The notes: a model not told the origin generated them from the sequence alone. 64,000 nucleotides of DNA from Octopus vulgaris (GCA_951406725.2 OX597818.1:88722001-88786000), one strand, 5' to 3'. Positions 14,548 through 28,093 are shown, counted from the stretch's first letter. Numbers and translations are program-made.

Positions 14548-14644
14548 TATATATATATATATATATTCAACGATTATTGAAAAGGTTACAAGACGCAACG
14601 AAAATTTTAGAAGAAATAAATATATATTTGTATGTATATTACGC

Positions 14645-15007
14645 AAGTGTGACTGTATGGTAAGAAGCTAGCTTCCTGACCACAGGGTCCTGGGTTCAGT
14701 TTCTCTGCGTTACATGTTGGGCAAGCGTCTTCTTCTATAGCCTCGGGTCAACCCAAGCCTTGTGAGTGAAACTGGTAGACGGAAACTGAAAGAAGCTTAT
14801 TATATTTATTTTTTACTTGTGACAGTAATTTTCACTGCAGCCAAGCTGGAGCACCGCCTTTAGTCGAACAAAGCGACCCCTGCACTTATTCTTTGTAAGC
14901 CTAGTACTTATTCTATCGGTGTCTTTTGCCGAACCGCTAAGTTACGGGGACATAAACACACCAGCATCGGTTGTCAAGCGATGGTGGCGGGAGAAGCACA
15001 GACACAT

Positions 15008-15066
<59 letters not shown>

Positions 15067-15236
15067 CATGTGTGTGTGTGTGACGGGCTTCTTACAGTTT
15101 CCGTCCACCTAATCCACTCACAAGTCTTTGGTCGGCCCGCGGCTATAGTAGAAGACACTTGCCCAAGGTGTCATGCTGTGGGACTGAAACCGGAACCATG
15201 CGGTTGGAAAGCAAGCTTCTTACCACACAGCCACTC

Positions 15237-15240
<4 letters not shown>
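14645..15240. mobile_element. Two convergent SINE family B copies (partial + at 14645-14795, full - at 14810-15240)
   Basis: Same head, body and tail motifs as 11080-11530. Confidence 0.85.
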
Positions 15241-15302
<62 letters not shown>

Positions 15303-15446
15303 CACAGATGAGATCCAGAGATTCTCCATATAGAAGACATGAATAGTGCTCAAATGAGTCAAACTTAAGACACCGATGTCTTTACAGGGGACCGATTGCA
15401 CAAAGTAAAGAAAGGTTATCAGAGAGATCAAGTTGAGCAGATATGA

Positions 15447-15922
15447 AGGCAATTGTCCGGATAAGCAAATTCGATACATTAAATATATTAAATATTTTAA
15501 ATATATTATATATTAGACATAATAGCTGGGGTATGAAATACAAAATATGTACATATGTAATCGTACAAATCGAGTGAAAGCAAAAGGTGGAGACTCTCTG
15601 ATGATGATTTTGTAAAGTATAGATATATAGATATTTATATGAAATAGACCTGACTTACACAGAGTACAAATAACAGAAAAAATTGAATTATAACATCTTT
15701 CTTCTGCTCCTTTAATTTTTTCTGTCGTTTGTGCTCTGTATAAGCTGGACCTATTAATATAAATATCTATATTTATCATCTGAAAGACTTCACCTTTTGC
15801 TTTATCTCGTTTTGCCTGAATACTTGTACATATTTTGTATTTCATGCCTAAATTATTATAATTAATAATTGATATATGTAATATATTGAATGTATCTAAT
15901 TTGTTTATCCGTATCATTGCCT
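15447..15922. repeat. Foldback (MITE-like) element with arms of about 230 bp
   Basis: Left arm AGGCAAT..CGGATAAGCAAATTCGATACATT..GTATGAAATACAAAATATGTACA..AAAGCAAAAGGTG..ACAGAAAAAATT is mirrored on the right. Spacer of about 25 bp near 15690-15712. Confidence 0.8.
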
Positions 15923-16325
15923 CTCTCCTTTTCTTCTCTGTCTGTCTGTCTCTCTCAGTATGTGTGTGAGTGTGTGTCTGTGTGTGTACACACATTTCAT
16001 TGTATTTTTCGAAGGGCGTCGTGCCAGTAAATAATACGCACGCTGGTTCTATTTCACTTCTTAATGATTCGTCATTGGTTGAGTGAACTAATTATCTAAG
16101 TAATTGTTTGTTTAATCATTCGATTAATCAGTCAATTAGTTATGTTTATTAAAGTCCTAATGTAGCCATTCTTTCTTCAATGACATACCCTCTCTGCTCC
16201 AGATCAGCTCCAAGCCTGCCAGTCTTAGAGTTTAGGTTTTATATTTATGCAGGTTGTGAGTGAGAATATATGTGAGAAGGGAGGAACGGAGAAAAATTGT
16301 ATGCGTCTATGTTGTATATATTGTT

Positions 16326-16363
<38 letters not shown>

Positions 16364-16470
16364 GTCTGTCTATCTGCCTGTTTGTCTGTCTAACTATCTG
16401 TCTATGTATGTATGTATGTATGTATGTATGTATGTATGTATGTATGTATGTATGTATGTATCTATCTATG

Positions 16471-16535
<65 letters not shown>

Positions 16536-17090
16536 GTCTGTCTGTCTGTCTATCTAGGTGTCTGTCAGTTTATCTGTATGTGTGCGTGTGTATGCGTGTG
16601 TACGCGAATAAATGAAACCCCATAAATTTTGATTGCCATCGCACAACATTCAAGGCATGGTTTCGATCCTTGATTGTGGCTACCCACTACAATTTTCTCA
16701 TTAATATCCCTGTAAGAGTGTTCTAACTGTCACAAGATATCAGTTCACTCTTCTATTATGAATACATCTAAGGACATTTTGCTTATATCCATACATTGCT
16801 GCCAGTGACCCTCTTCTATTTAACATATAACCTTTAGCTTACCATTGTGTTTACCCTTGAGATTACCTTGTTTGTGTGTTTGTGTGTATGTGTGTCACTA
16901 AGTCTATAGTCTTTCATCTGACTTCATATCTAAGGTACACTCAACCCAGCCACTTCATTCACTCCGTCTTCCATCTATCTCCTTGACAAGGACACTGAAT
17001 CGAATACTGAGATAAGGCACGATTATCACATGACAGACCACGTACACCTTCCCCCACACATAAATATATATATATACACACACATATATA

Positions 17091-17128
<38 letters not shown>

Positions 17129-17135
17129 TATATAC

Positions 17136-17288
<153 letters not shown>

Positions 17289-17458
17289 CATATACATACA
17301 TACACGCACTCATTCACACACACACACCAGCATGCGCAGACACGCATATATAAGAAAGAACCACCAACATACATATATAGGAATACCGACATTCGTGCAC
17401 ATGTACCCGCATTTGTGTTTAGACATATATCTGCGTATATTCACCCATTCACACACAT

Positions 17459-17524
<66 letters not shown>

Positions 17525-17527
<3 letters not shown>

Positions 17528-17640
17528 CACGAGGTGGCCAAAAAGTAGGTTTACTGTTATCACGTAGATACTTTAATTTTCTTTCAAAACATTTTATTAC
17601 ATTTAAATTTCTATCTTACCAACTGAACAGGGGGCTTGGG
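17525..17640 (+). mobile_element. Possible Tc1/mariner-type terminal fragment
   Basis: TACACGAGGTGGCCAAAAAGTAGGTTTAC after (TA)n resembles mariner-family TIRs. No partner TIR found. Confidence 0.3.
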
Positions 17641-17957
17641 AAAATCGAATAATGGGTTCCTATTTCTTTTATAATTAATATCTAAACTGCTAATATATGA
17701 ATGCGAAAGAGAAAATTAGACAAAGAGAAATCTCAGCGTAATTGTTTACTCAAGTAGCCATCGTCATTCACTGACAGCTATGATGATTGTGGAACGGGCA
17801 TAAATATCACGGAATCACATTTTTACTATACTATAAACATTAGCCTGAAATCAAATAAAGCAAGTAAAAGTAAATTAATGGGGTTTAAAAAGCACACCAA
17901 ACATATTTGTACAAATGGAAACATAGTATGAGTCTATGTATGTTTATATACATATGT

Positions 17958-18437
17958 GGAGGCGCAATGGCCCAGTGTTTAAGGCAGCGGACTTGCGGTC
18001 GTAGGATCGCGGTTTTGATTCCCAGACCGGGCATTGTGAGTGTTTATTGAGCAAAAACACCTTAAGCTGCACGAGGCTCAGGCAGGGGTGGTGGTGAACC
18101 CTGCTGTACTCTTTCACCGCAATTTCTCTCATTCTTTCTTCCTGTTTCTGTTGTACCTGTATTTCAAAGGACCAGCTTTGTCACACTCTGTGTCACACTG
18201 AATCTCCCTGAGAACTACGTTAAGGGTACACGTGTCTGTGGGGTGCTCAGCCACTTGAACGTTAATAAATGAGCTGCGACGTCACTGGTGCTAAGCTGTA
18301 TCGGCCTTTGCCTTTCCCTTGAATAACATTGGTGGCGTGGGGAGAGGAGGCTAGTATGCATGGGTGACTGCTGGTCTACCGTAAACAACCTTGCCCAGAC
18401 TTGTGCCTCGGAGGGTAACTTTCTAGGTGCAATCCCA
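17958..18437 (+). mobile_element. Chimeric SINE: family C head and body joined to a family D tail
   Basis: Head matches 3497. From about 18268 the sequence matches the tails at 42320-42490(+) and 59390-59570(-) (GCGACGTCACTGG...AACAACCTTGCCC...TTTCTAGGTGCAA). Confidence 0.75.
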
Positions 18438-18523
18438 CAATATATACATATGTATGTATGTACATATACTATACATATATATGTATATACATATATAAAT
18501 ATACTACTGTATATATATATTTA

Positions 18524-18768
18524 TTTATATATAAAATTAAAGTTGTGTGCGTGAGACTCTGTCTCCTCCGATTTAGATTCCTAACTACTCCCACATTTTG
18601 CGGGGCAGTTTAACCAGAAGCGGGTATCTTATAGTCGTCATTCATATCAAGCCCTTCTGCGCATTAGCACGCGTCTACGATGAGTCTACGATTTAAAAAA
18701 AATTTACCATCACATTTCCGCATTTTTATTTCCCTTACAAACCCGAGCAACGCCGGGCGATAATACTA

Positions 18769-18770
<2 letters not shown>
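18524..18770 (+). mobile_element. Non-autonomous Helitron
   Basis: Starts TATATATAAAAT and ends with the GC hairpin CCCGAGCAACGCCGGG followed by CTAG|T, the canonical Helitron 3' terminus. Confidence 0.75.
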
Positions 18771-18854
<84 letters not shown>

Positions 18855-18857
<3 letters not shown>

Positions 18858-19262
18858 CCGCCCTGACCCTAGCCACATTCAGATGGCTGATCCCTCTTAT
18901 GTTATAGAGCAGTTACTGTTTATATCTCGCCCAGAGATTTATTATTGTTTTCGAACAGATTTTCTACGCCAGTGACTGTGGTTACTGTGAAAATCTATAT
19001 ATATCCAGCCTGCAGAGGAAGTCCCTCAACGAAGAGCGGTGCTTACCATACGTTGACAAGAGGCAATAACCTCGAAACCGGTCCGTGTGTAGTATCCGTA
19101 TCTTCGGGGAGGCTGATCTCCCTTTGCTGGCTGGCAAGGACACCGAGATGGTGTCAGCTCTTCTGGTGACGTCGATGTTCGCCTGGGGCTAAATGCATCA
19201 GTAACACCCCCACCACCCCGCCCTGACCCTAGCCACATTCAGATGGCTGATCCCTCTTATGT

Positions 19263-19266
<4 letters not shown>
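18855..19266 (+). mobile_element. 360-bp unit with perfect 52-bp terminal direct repeat, containing an HHR (retrozyme-like or Penelope-dependent cassette)
   Basis: 18855-18906 is identical to 19215-19266, the element is flanked by (TA)n, and there is no meaningful ORF. Confidence 0.75.
19047..19089 (+). ncRNA. Type I hammerhead ribozyme, U3-A8 core variant
   Basis: CAUACG / UUGACAA / GAGG-CAAUAA-CCUC / GAA / A-CCGG-U / C / CGUGUG: 6-bp stem I (one GU pair), 4-bp stem II, palindromic stem III ACCGGU, and a GUC cleavage triplet ending at 19083. Confidence 0.75.
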
Positions 19267-19326
<60 letters not shown>

Positions 19327-19649
19327 AGGGTTGAACATACAGAACACAACAAAGAGAAAAAGTTAGATGACAGCTGAGCAAACGGGAAACTAGGCGAAAA
19401 CTTAACAGTTAAGTTTAGACAAAACATGATACACGGAATATTCACTGCTGATTTCCTCATCGAAGCATGTTATGCTACTAATAAACGCGTTTAAATATGG
19501 GGTTAAAAGACCGTTTGGACAGCAATTCGCATTTGGTGCTATAGTTTTAAAGAAATAAACTAAAATGTTTATTATTCCAATTAAATAGAAAATGATAAAT
19601 TTGATTTTTTTCAGTGATCACCATTTGGAATTTTTCGAAAAATCATCAC

Positions 19650-19990
19650 AGGTGTGGTAAGTAGCTTGCTAATCAACCTCATGATTTTGGGTTCAGTCCC
19701 ACTGCGTGGTACCTTCTACTGAATACTAGGGCCGACCAAAGCCTTGTGAGTGGATTTGGAAGACGGAAACTGAAAGCAGCCAGTCGTATATGTGTATAAG
19801 TTTGCGTGTCTGTGTTTGTCCCCCACTATCGCTTGACAATCGATGTTGGTGTGTTTACGTTCCCCATAACTTAGCGGTTCGGCAAAAGAGTTCGATAGAA
19901 TAAATACTAGGCTTTCAAAGAATGGGGTTGACTTGTTCGACTAAAAGGCGGTGCTACAACGTCGCCACTGTTAAATAACTGAAACATATA
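19650..19990 (+). mobile_element. SINE family B copy
   Basis: GGTGTGGTAAGTAGCTTGC...GGGTTCAGTCCCACTGCGTGG...TTAGCGGTTCGGCAAAAGAG. Confidence 0.85.
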
Positions 19991-20139
19991 CAAAAATTTT
20001 TAAAAATGGAAATTTTTTAAAAATCGCAAGATAATTCACAAATTCAGAAAATATAAATACTATATATAATATCATCTTATCTCCTAAGAGACCTTCCAAA
20101 GCAAAAAAATTATAATAATAAAAAATTTGGCAGTTAATG

Positions 20140-20450
20140 GGTTTGTCGTTGTAGTAGTTGTTGTTGTTTTACCATATGCCAATATAGTAATGAATATGCG
20201 GCCTATCAGTATTGTTGTTGTTAGTGTGGTGATGGTGATGTTTGTGTTGATGCTACCACCGATATTGATGACGACGATGATGATGAGGATGATGATGATG
20301 ATGAGGAGGAGGAGGAGGAAGAAGAAGAAGAAGAGAAGGAGCAGAATGACAACGATGATGTTAAGGACGATAATGATGATAACGACAACGACGACGACGA
20401 CGACGACGATGATGATGATGATGATGATAATGATGATGATGATGATGATT

Positions 20451-20492
<42 letters not shown>

Positions 20493-20962
20493 GTAACGAT
20501 GATGTAAATATCGATGACGGCCAAAGTTCAAAACACCGTAGTAATCAATGACCAAACCAACGAAGTCACGTGTCAGTGTTCCTGTCCAATGGACGTCATC
20601 CATCCCTGACAAAGTTGTCGACATTAAACTAAGTTTCCTTAAACTATATTTATTGTCGTGGACATGGCTGCTGTTATCATCGCTGATGTTGATGTTGTAG
20701 TTATTGATCTTATTTTGCTGCTGTAGTGAAGACGGCAGGCTGTTGCCGATGTCATTATTGAGGCTTGTTGTTCGTTTTGTTGTTGTTGTTGTTGTTGTTG
20801 TTTGCTGCAATTGTGAGAGTTGTGATGTTTAAAATGATAGTACTAGTATTTGATCATTGCGATGGCAAAGGTGGTAGTGGTGGTGGTGGTGATGGCGGTA
20901 TTGTTCTTGGTGGTGATGATGATGATGAAGATGATAAGGATGATGATGACAACGATGATGAC

Positions 20963-21001
<39 letters not shown>

Positions 21002-21410
21002 AATGCTCATGATCATAATCATAATGTTGGTTGGGGTGGGAATTGTGATGCTGAAGATGATGATGATGATGGTAGAGGTGTTGATGGTGATGGCGGTGGT
21101 GGTATTAGTGTTGGTGGTGGTATTGGTGTTGGTGGTGGTGGTGGTGGTGGTGGTGACGGTGGTGGCGGGAGCGGCGGCGGCGATTGCGACCATGTCGATA
21201 ATGATGATGAGGATGATGATGACGGAGGTGTCGGTGACGGCGATGGTAGTGATAGGGGTGGATATAGAGGTGGTGGTGGTGGTAGTGGTGATAGTCATTG
21301 CTATTGTCGTTCTTGTGACTCTTACTGATTGTATTATCGTTGTTGATATTGTTGTTGTTGTTGTTGCATTTGATAGCACTGTGATTCTTCATGCTGTTGC
21401 TTTTATTGCT
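20140..21410. repeat. Compound (GAT)n/(GGT)n/(GTT)n microsatellite field with a unique island at about 20510-20645
   Basis: Directly visible. Confidence 0.9.
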
Positions 21411-21724
21411 TAAAACTAACCTATCCCTAATCGAGTAGACTTACGATCAAAGTAGGCTTTCCAGCCATGTCCATCTCATCTACTAAGAATTATCTACCAC
21501 AGCATTACCTTCGCTTTAGTTGTTTTTTTTTTTTCTTAATAAAAACACAGGAGAATCTGATTCGAGGGGAAATTGGCTGCGACATCTAGCAAGACGAACG
21601 ATCGCTGTGCAAATCGTTCGTTAGCTCCTCGTGTTGTTCTATTTATTGTTGTTGATAATCCTGTTGTTATTGCAGTTGTTATTGTTGGACATGTTTATGT
21701 AATATTCATATTTTTAGAGTTAAC

Positions 21725-22990
21725 AGTCTGAGTTCACATTTCGCCGAGGTCAAATTTACCTTTCATCCTTCCGAGGTCAATAAAATAAGTAGCATTTGAG
21801 TACTAGGCTCAATGTAAATCGACTCAGCCAATACTCCGAAGTTGCTGGCCTTGTGCCAAAATTTCATATCATTATTAGAGGTAATATTCTATTCCCATTT
21901 AAACATGGACGATCTGTGAGAACAATCCATCCTACGGTAGATACCATGAGAGAAACTCAATGATGGACGCTCGGCCGCTAGAGATAGCAGTGAGTCATCT
22001 CCCCGCCTGCGATATGCAGAAAAACGGTGCCAGAACAGTCACCGGGGTCGCGATTAGCTACTGAGCTTGTTTAGAATATATTTTAGCGACAGAGGCAGTA
22101 TCAAAACCGAAAGGTATATTTATCCTCCACTTAAACGTGGACATTCTATTGGAACGAACCCCCACCATCTCCAGCGCCGAGATCACCAGATCACGTTATT
22201 TCGATCTCTCTTGGTCTCGTCAGTGGTGGACGCTCGGTCGCTAGAGATAGCAGCGACTCATCTCGCCGCCAGCAACATATAGAAAAAATAGTGCCAGAAC
22301 AGGCGCTGGTGTTATGATTTGCCGATGAGCTTGTTAAAATATATATATTTTAGCCACAGAGGTAGTATTAATATCGTGAGGCAATATTTATCCCCACGTA
22401 AACGTGGATGTTCTGTAAGAACAAACTATACTACTGTAAATAGCCGAGAGAAACTCTCATATTGGCCTTCCGATGTCAATAAAATAAGTAGCATTTGAGA
22501 ACTAGGGTCAATGTATATCGACTCAGCCAATACTCCGAAGTTGCAGGCCTTGTGCCAAAATTTGAAACCATTATTAGAGGTAATATTTTATACCCATTTA
22601 AATACGGACGATATATATGAATAAACTATCCCACAGTAGATACCACGAGAGAAACTCAATGATGGACTCTCGGTCGCTAGAGATAGCGGCGACTTTTCTC
22701 CACGCTTGCGATATGCAGAAAAACGGTGCCAGAAAAGTTACCTCCAGCACCGGGACCACCAGACCACGTAATTTTGACCTTCCTTGGTTTCGTCAATAAT
22801 GGACTCTTGACTGCAAGAGATAGCAGTGAATCATATCCCCGCCAGCGATATGTATAAAAAGACAAACCTGCCAGAATAGTCGCTCGTGTCACGATTAGCG
22901 AGTGAGCTTGCTAAATAAAATATATTGGTTACAAAAGCGGTATTAATATTGAGTGGTAAAATTTATCCCCTCTTAATTGTGGATATTCTG
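21725..22990 (+). repeat. Diverged local tandem array with a duplication of about 700 bp period that includes a SINE A tail
   Basis: GGACGCTCGG.CGCTAGAGATAGC...GCCAGAA recurs near 21964, 22228, 22663 and 22801. Block 21776-22035 is duplicated at 22475-22735. Confidence 0.8.
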
Positions 22991-23343
22991 TTAGAGTATC
23001 TTATTATTAGCAATATGGCGGGAAAATTATTGTTTTTGTCGCATTTTTTATACATATTTTCGTTCTTGTTGACAATGATGTCCATTTTGACGCTGTTCTA
23101 ATTTTATATCTAATATATTCGTTGTTCTTGTAGGTGTTGTTATTGTTGTTGTTGCTGCTCTCGTTATTGCTATTGTTGTTGTCTATATTTTCGGCTTTGT
23201 AAATGGTGGGTTTGGTATTGTTGGTGCTATTGAAGAATACAATGGTACATTTTTTTTTCATTCCAATTGGTCATTAAATATAAACGTAGCTAGCGTGACA
23301 CAGAAGATACGGAATAATAATTTAGTACACGCCCCCATATATA

Positions 23344-23410
<67 letters not shown>

Positions 23411-23595
23411 ATACATATATTTTTATATTATATTATATATATATATATATATATAACTATGCATTTATATATCACTAAGTATTTATGTTAAAATATAAAT
23501 GATTATTTCATAAAAAATACGGGAATCCACGTATGCAACCAAAGCATACAAGCGTGTGTGCGTCTGTGTGTAGGCGCACACACATATACAACATA

Positions 23596-23650
<55 letters not shown>

Positions 23651-23655
23651 TCATG

Positions 23656-23758
<103 letters not shown>

Positions 23759-24230
23759 CCACACACACAGACATATATATATATTAAATGGATGTGTCTC
23801 AATATTTAATGTTTATTATGAGATATTTGCATATAATAAATATACATGAAAAATGTGCGTATACAATATGCATACATACACACACACACACATGCATATC
23901 GTTACGGAGAAACACAAACATATACGCACGCTCATAAGTATGTATATATTTTTCCTTGCATATTGCATAGCCGCAAATATGAAATACGCATTTATTTGCT
24001 TTATATGTTTCTCTTTCTCTTTCTCTCTCTTCATAAACACACGCACTCACACACACACACACACATATGGTATATATGTGAGTTCGTCTATATACATAGA
24101 TATAGCTGTGGAATGAGTTCGTGTATGTATCTCTAACATAGGCTCAGTACTCTAATGTAAATATCTAAATACATATATAAGTATGTGTGTGTGTGTGTGT
24201 GTGTGTACGAGTGTTTGTTTGTTTGTTTGT

Positions 24231-24261
<31 letters not shown>

Positions 24262-24615
24262 GTATGCCTCTAGTTATATATCAAACCCATCGCTGTATTG
24301 ATGAAACAGTAATAACGGACAAGATGGCAGCTGTAAGTTGTGGAAATGGCAATAAAATGGCGGCAAAACTGTAGATCGTTGCAAATTAACTGAAACAATT
24401 AAACGAACGCTACAATGGTTACAGGAGGGAAGACATTTCAGTTTTCTATGGGCAACATTCGCTCAGATCAAGGGTCACGGAATACTGAATGCAGGGTGTG
24501 GCCGGCATTCACTTATTATCAACATATTCGCAAACGCACAGACGCGCACACGTACAAACATATACAGGCGTAGACAAGTAATATACACACAGCCCCACAA
24601 ACACGCGTGCGCACG

Positions 24616-24669
<54 letters not shown>

Positions 24670-24830
24670 CATACGTTCACATGCTCATAAAATTTTTCGT
24701 TCAAATTCATGTGCATACGCACTTTCTATATTGTGCTTTCGCCTATATACATTCATATGTGCATACATATTACCATACGTACGTAGGTATATACAGACAT
24801 GAATGCTTACATACATAATTTATATTCATA

Positions 24831-24885
<55 letters not shown>

Positions 24886-24898
24886 CTGCGTATGTATG

Positions 24899-24937
<39 letters not shown>

Positions 24938-25020
24938 AGAGAGAGAGAGAGATACAGACATATATATGAATATATGTATGTATATATGTGTATATATATA
25001 TATATATATGAATATATGTA

Positions 25021-25070
<50 letters not shown>

Positions 25071-25208
25071 TGCATATCTATATCTATAGTTATCTAACTA
25101 TACGTATGCACATATACACAGACACACACGCGCACACACACAAACACCCATCCCTTGCACGCGCACTCCTCTCTCATTTTCACACAATTTAACATATTCA
25201 TTGAAGTG

Positions 25209-25259
<51 letters not shown>

Positions 25260-25335
25260 CGTGTGAGTGCGTGTGCGCATATTTATATATATGTGTGTGT
25301 GTGTGTATGCATGCATGTATTTTTGCCTGTGTGTC

Positions 25336-25374
<39 letters not shown>

Positions 25375-25748
25375 GTGTGTGTTTGTGTACAGACCCACAG
25401 CATTCGCAGTATAACCAGATTTACGTATGCAAACACACGTAGTTTCCTACATTTACATAGCGGACTCAATAACCTTAAATTCCTACGCACAGAAGCACAT
25501 ATATATTCACACACTGACACGACAAAGCAAGTTCACACACAATGCACATATTTACATTAATATACAACGAATAAGGACGCGCTAGAGCGCTCACAGTATC
25601 TAACAGGCGAATGTATAAATAGGCTAATACATATGTGTGTGTGTGTGTGTATGTGTAAGCGTGTGATTGTGTATTTTGTGTATGTATGTATGAAGATAGA
25701 TAGGTATCTATCTATGTCATCTATCTATGGCATCTCTCTATCTCTCTA

Positions 25749-25832
<84 letters not shown>

Positions 25833-25967
25833 AAACTGTTTGTCTATCTCTATCTAAATGAGTGTGTTATCTGGTTGTAGAAGATTCCACACTTAAATCT
25901 AAATACTGTTTACTTTATAGTAATGTAATCTATCAATTTATATTAAAATGGAAATACACACGCTCAC

Positions 25968-26089
<122 letters not shown>

Positions 26090-26261
26090 ATATAATCGGC
26101 AGCAAAAGTATTCAGAATTGAATATTTATATAGATATTAATATTATTATTATTATCGATGCAAATATTGTCAATGCAAATAGTCCATAATAACAACAATA
26201 TTAATATAGCTGGTTGCAGGCCTAAATCAGCGTTATATAGCTATAAAATTAAAATTATATT

Positions 26262-26451
26262 AATCAGAGGACACAATGAAGTGTCTGCCTGCTAGAAATA
26301 AGAGTTAAAACCCTCATTTGGACCACTAAAAATTACACTGAAAATAACACTGAAAGAAACATCTGTTATTTTCAGTGTAATCTTTGGTGGTCCAAATGAG
26401 GGTCTTAACTCCTATTTCTAGCGGGCAGGTACTTCAGTGTGTCCTTTGATT
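26262..26451. repeat. Foldback element, arms of about 88 bp, 14-nt loop
   Basis: ATCAGAGGACACAATGAAGT...TTACACTGAAAATAACA / TGTTATTTTCAGTGTAA...ACTTCAGTGTGTCCTTTGAT. Confidence 0.85.
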
Positions 26452-26461
26452 TGTATATATA

Positions 26462-26707
26462 CTCTTTTACTCTTTTATTTGTGTCAGTCATTTGACTGTG
26501 GCTATGCTGGAGCACCGCCTTTAGTCAAGCAAATCGCCTCCAGGACTCATTATTCGTAAGCCTAGTACTTATTCTACGGCTGTCTTTTGCCGAATCGCTA
26601 AGTTACGGGGACGTAAACACACCAGCATCGGTTGTCGAGTGATGTTGGGGGACAAACACAGACACACAAGCATACACAGACACACATACATATATATACA
26701 TATATAT

Positions 26708-26797
<90 letters not shown>

Positions 26798-26960
26798 GAC
26801 GGGCTTCTTTTAGTTTCCGTCTACCAAATCCACTCACAAGACTTTGGTTGGCCCGAGGCTATAGTAGACGACACTTGCCCAAGGTGCTACACAGTGGGAC
26901 TGAACCCGGAACCATGTGGCTCGTAAGCAAGCCACTTACCACACAGCCACTCCTATGCCT
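26462..26960 (-). mobile_element. Full-length SINE family B with internal microsatellite
   Basis: Same motifs as the other family B copies. Confidence 0.85.
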
Positions 26961-27960
26961 ACGTATAAATAATATTGTTCCGTGACAGATAGATCAACAA
27001 AAGAAGTACTCCATCTGGTGAGAGATAAATATTACTTATCTAAAGGACACAATACATGTCTTCACGTGCTACTAATTTAGCTTCATATATTCAGAAATAT
27101 CTCAAACATATTCATCGGGCACAAACCACTTAGCTTAACGAACTAAAAAGATTGAATAAGAGAAGGAATGCGATGAAAGCAGTTCAGACATTTTAAACAC
27201 GCCTGTTACCTCCGTAAAGTCCTCTGGCTGCGACGTCTGAGAAAAATTCTATCCGAACTGCTTTCGTTGCATGAAACCATCGGTAGCCCATAAAATATAT
27301 ATACTGTGTTTACTAAATAATATTTATCGCTCACCGGAGCCGACCAATGCATTGTGAATGGATTTGGTAGAAGGAAACTAAAGGAAGTCCGTTGTATATG
27401 TGTGTGTGTGTGCGCGCGCAGGCGCGCATTTGTGTTTGTGAGATAATCGATGCTGGTGTATTTACGTATTTAGAGGATTGGCAAAGTGGTGAGATAAATA
27501 AAAATGTATTAGTGCCCAAGTAATATATATGTATATATATGTACATATATATGTGTATATATATATGTGTGTGTATGTGTGAGAGAGAGAGAGTGTGTGC
27601 GTGGGTATGTATATATATATGTATACATATAAGTATGAAAATATGTGTATATATATGTATGTGTATGCATACATTCATTCACACACATACTCTCACACAC
27701 ACATATGCATATATATATATATATGTATGTATACGTTTATGTGCCTGTTTTGCAAGATTCCTAATGTGAAATCGTGTGTAGAAACATATTTTTATACCTA
27801 AGAATGATGACTATTTTTATTATTTTTTTTTTTTGGCCAAATAAACACAGGTGTTAATTTGGCAAGAAAAAAACTAACCATCATAAAATATAACAATATA
27901 ACAATATATATATGTATATATATATATATGCCTATGTATATATATATAAGCCTATGTATA

Positions 27961-28006
<46 letters not shown>

Positions 28007-28040
28007 TATGTATATATGTATATATGCCTATGTATATATG

Positions 28041-28089
<49 letters not shown>

Positions 28090-28093
<4 letters not shown>

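Noticed and set aside
21960-22880. Repeat-spacer appearance suggestive of CRISPR
   Set aside because: Units are long and diverged, the intervening sequences are homologous, the context is eukaryotic and there are no cas genes.
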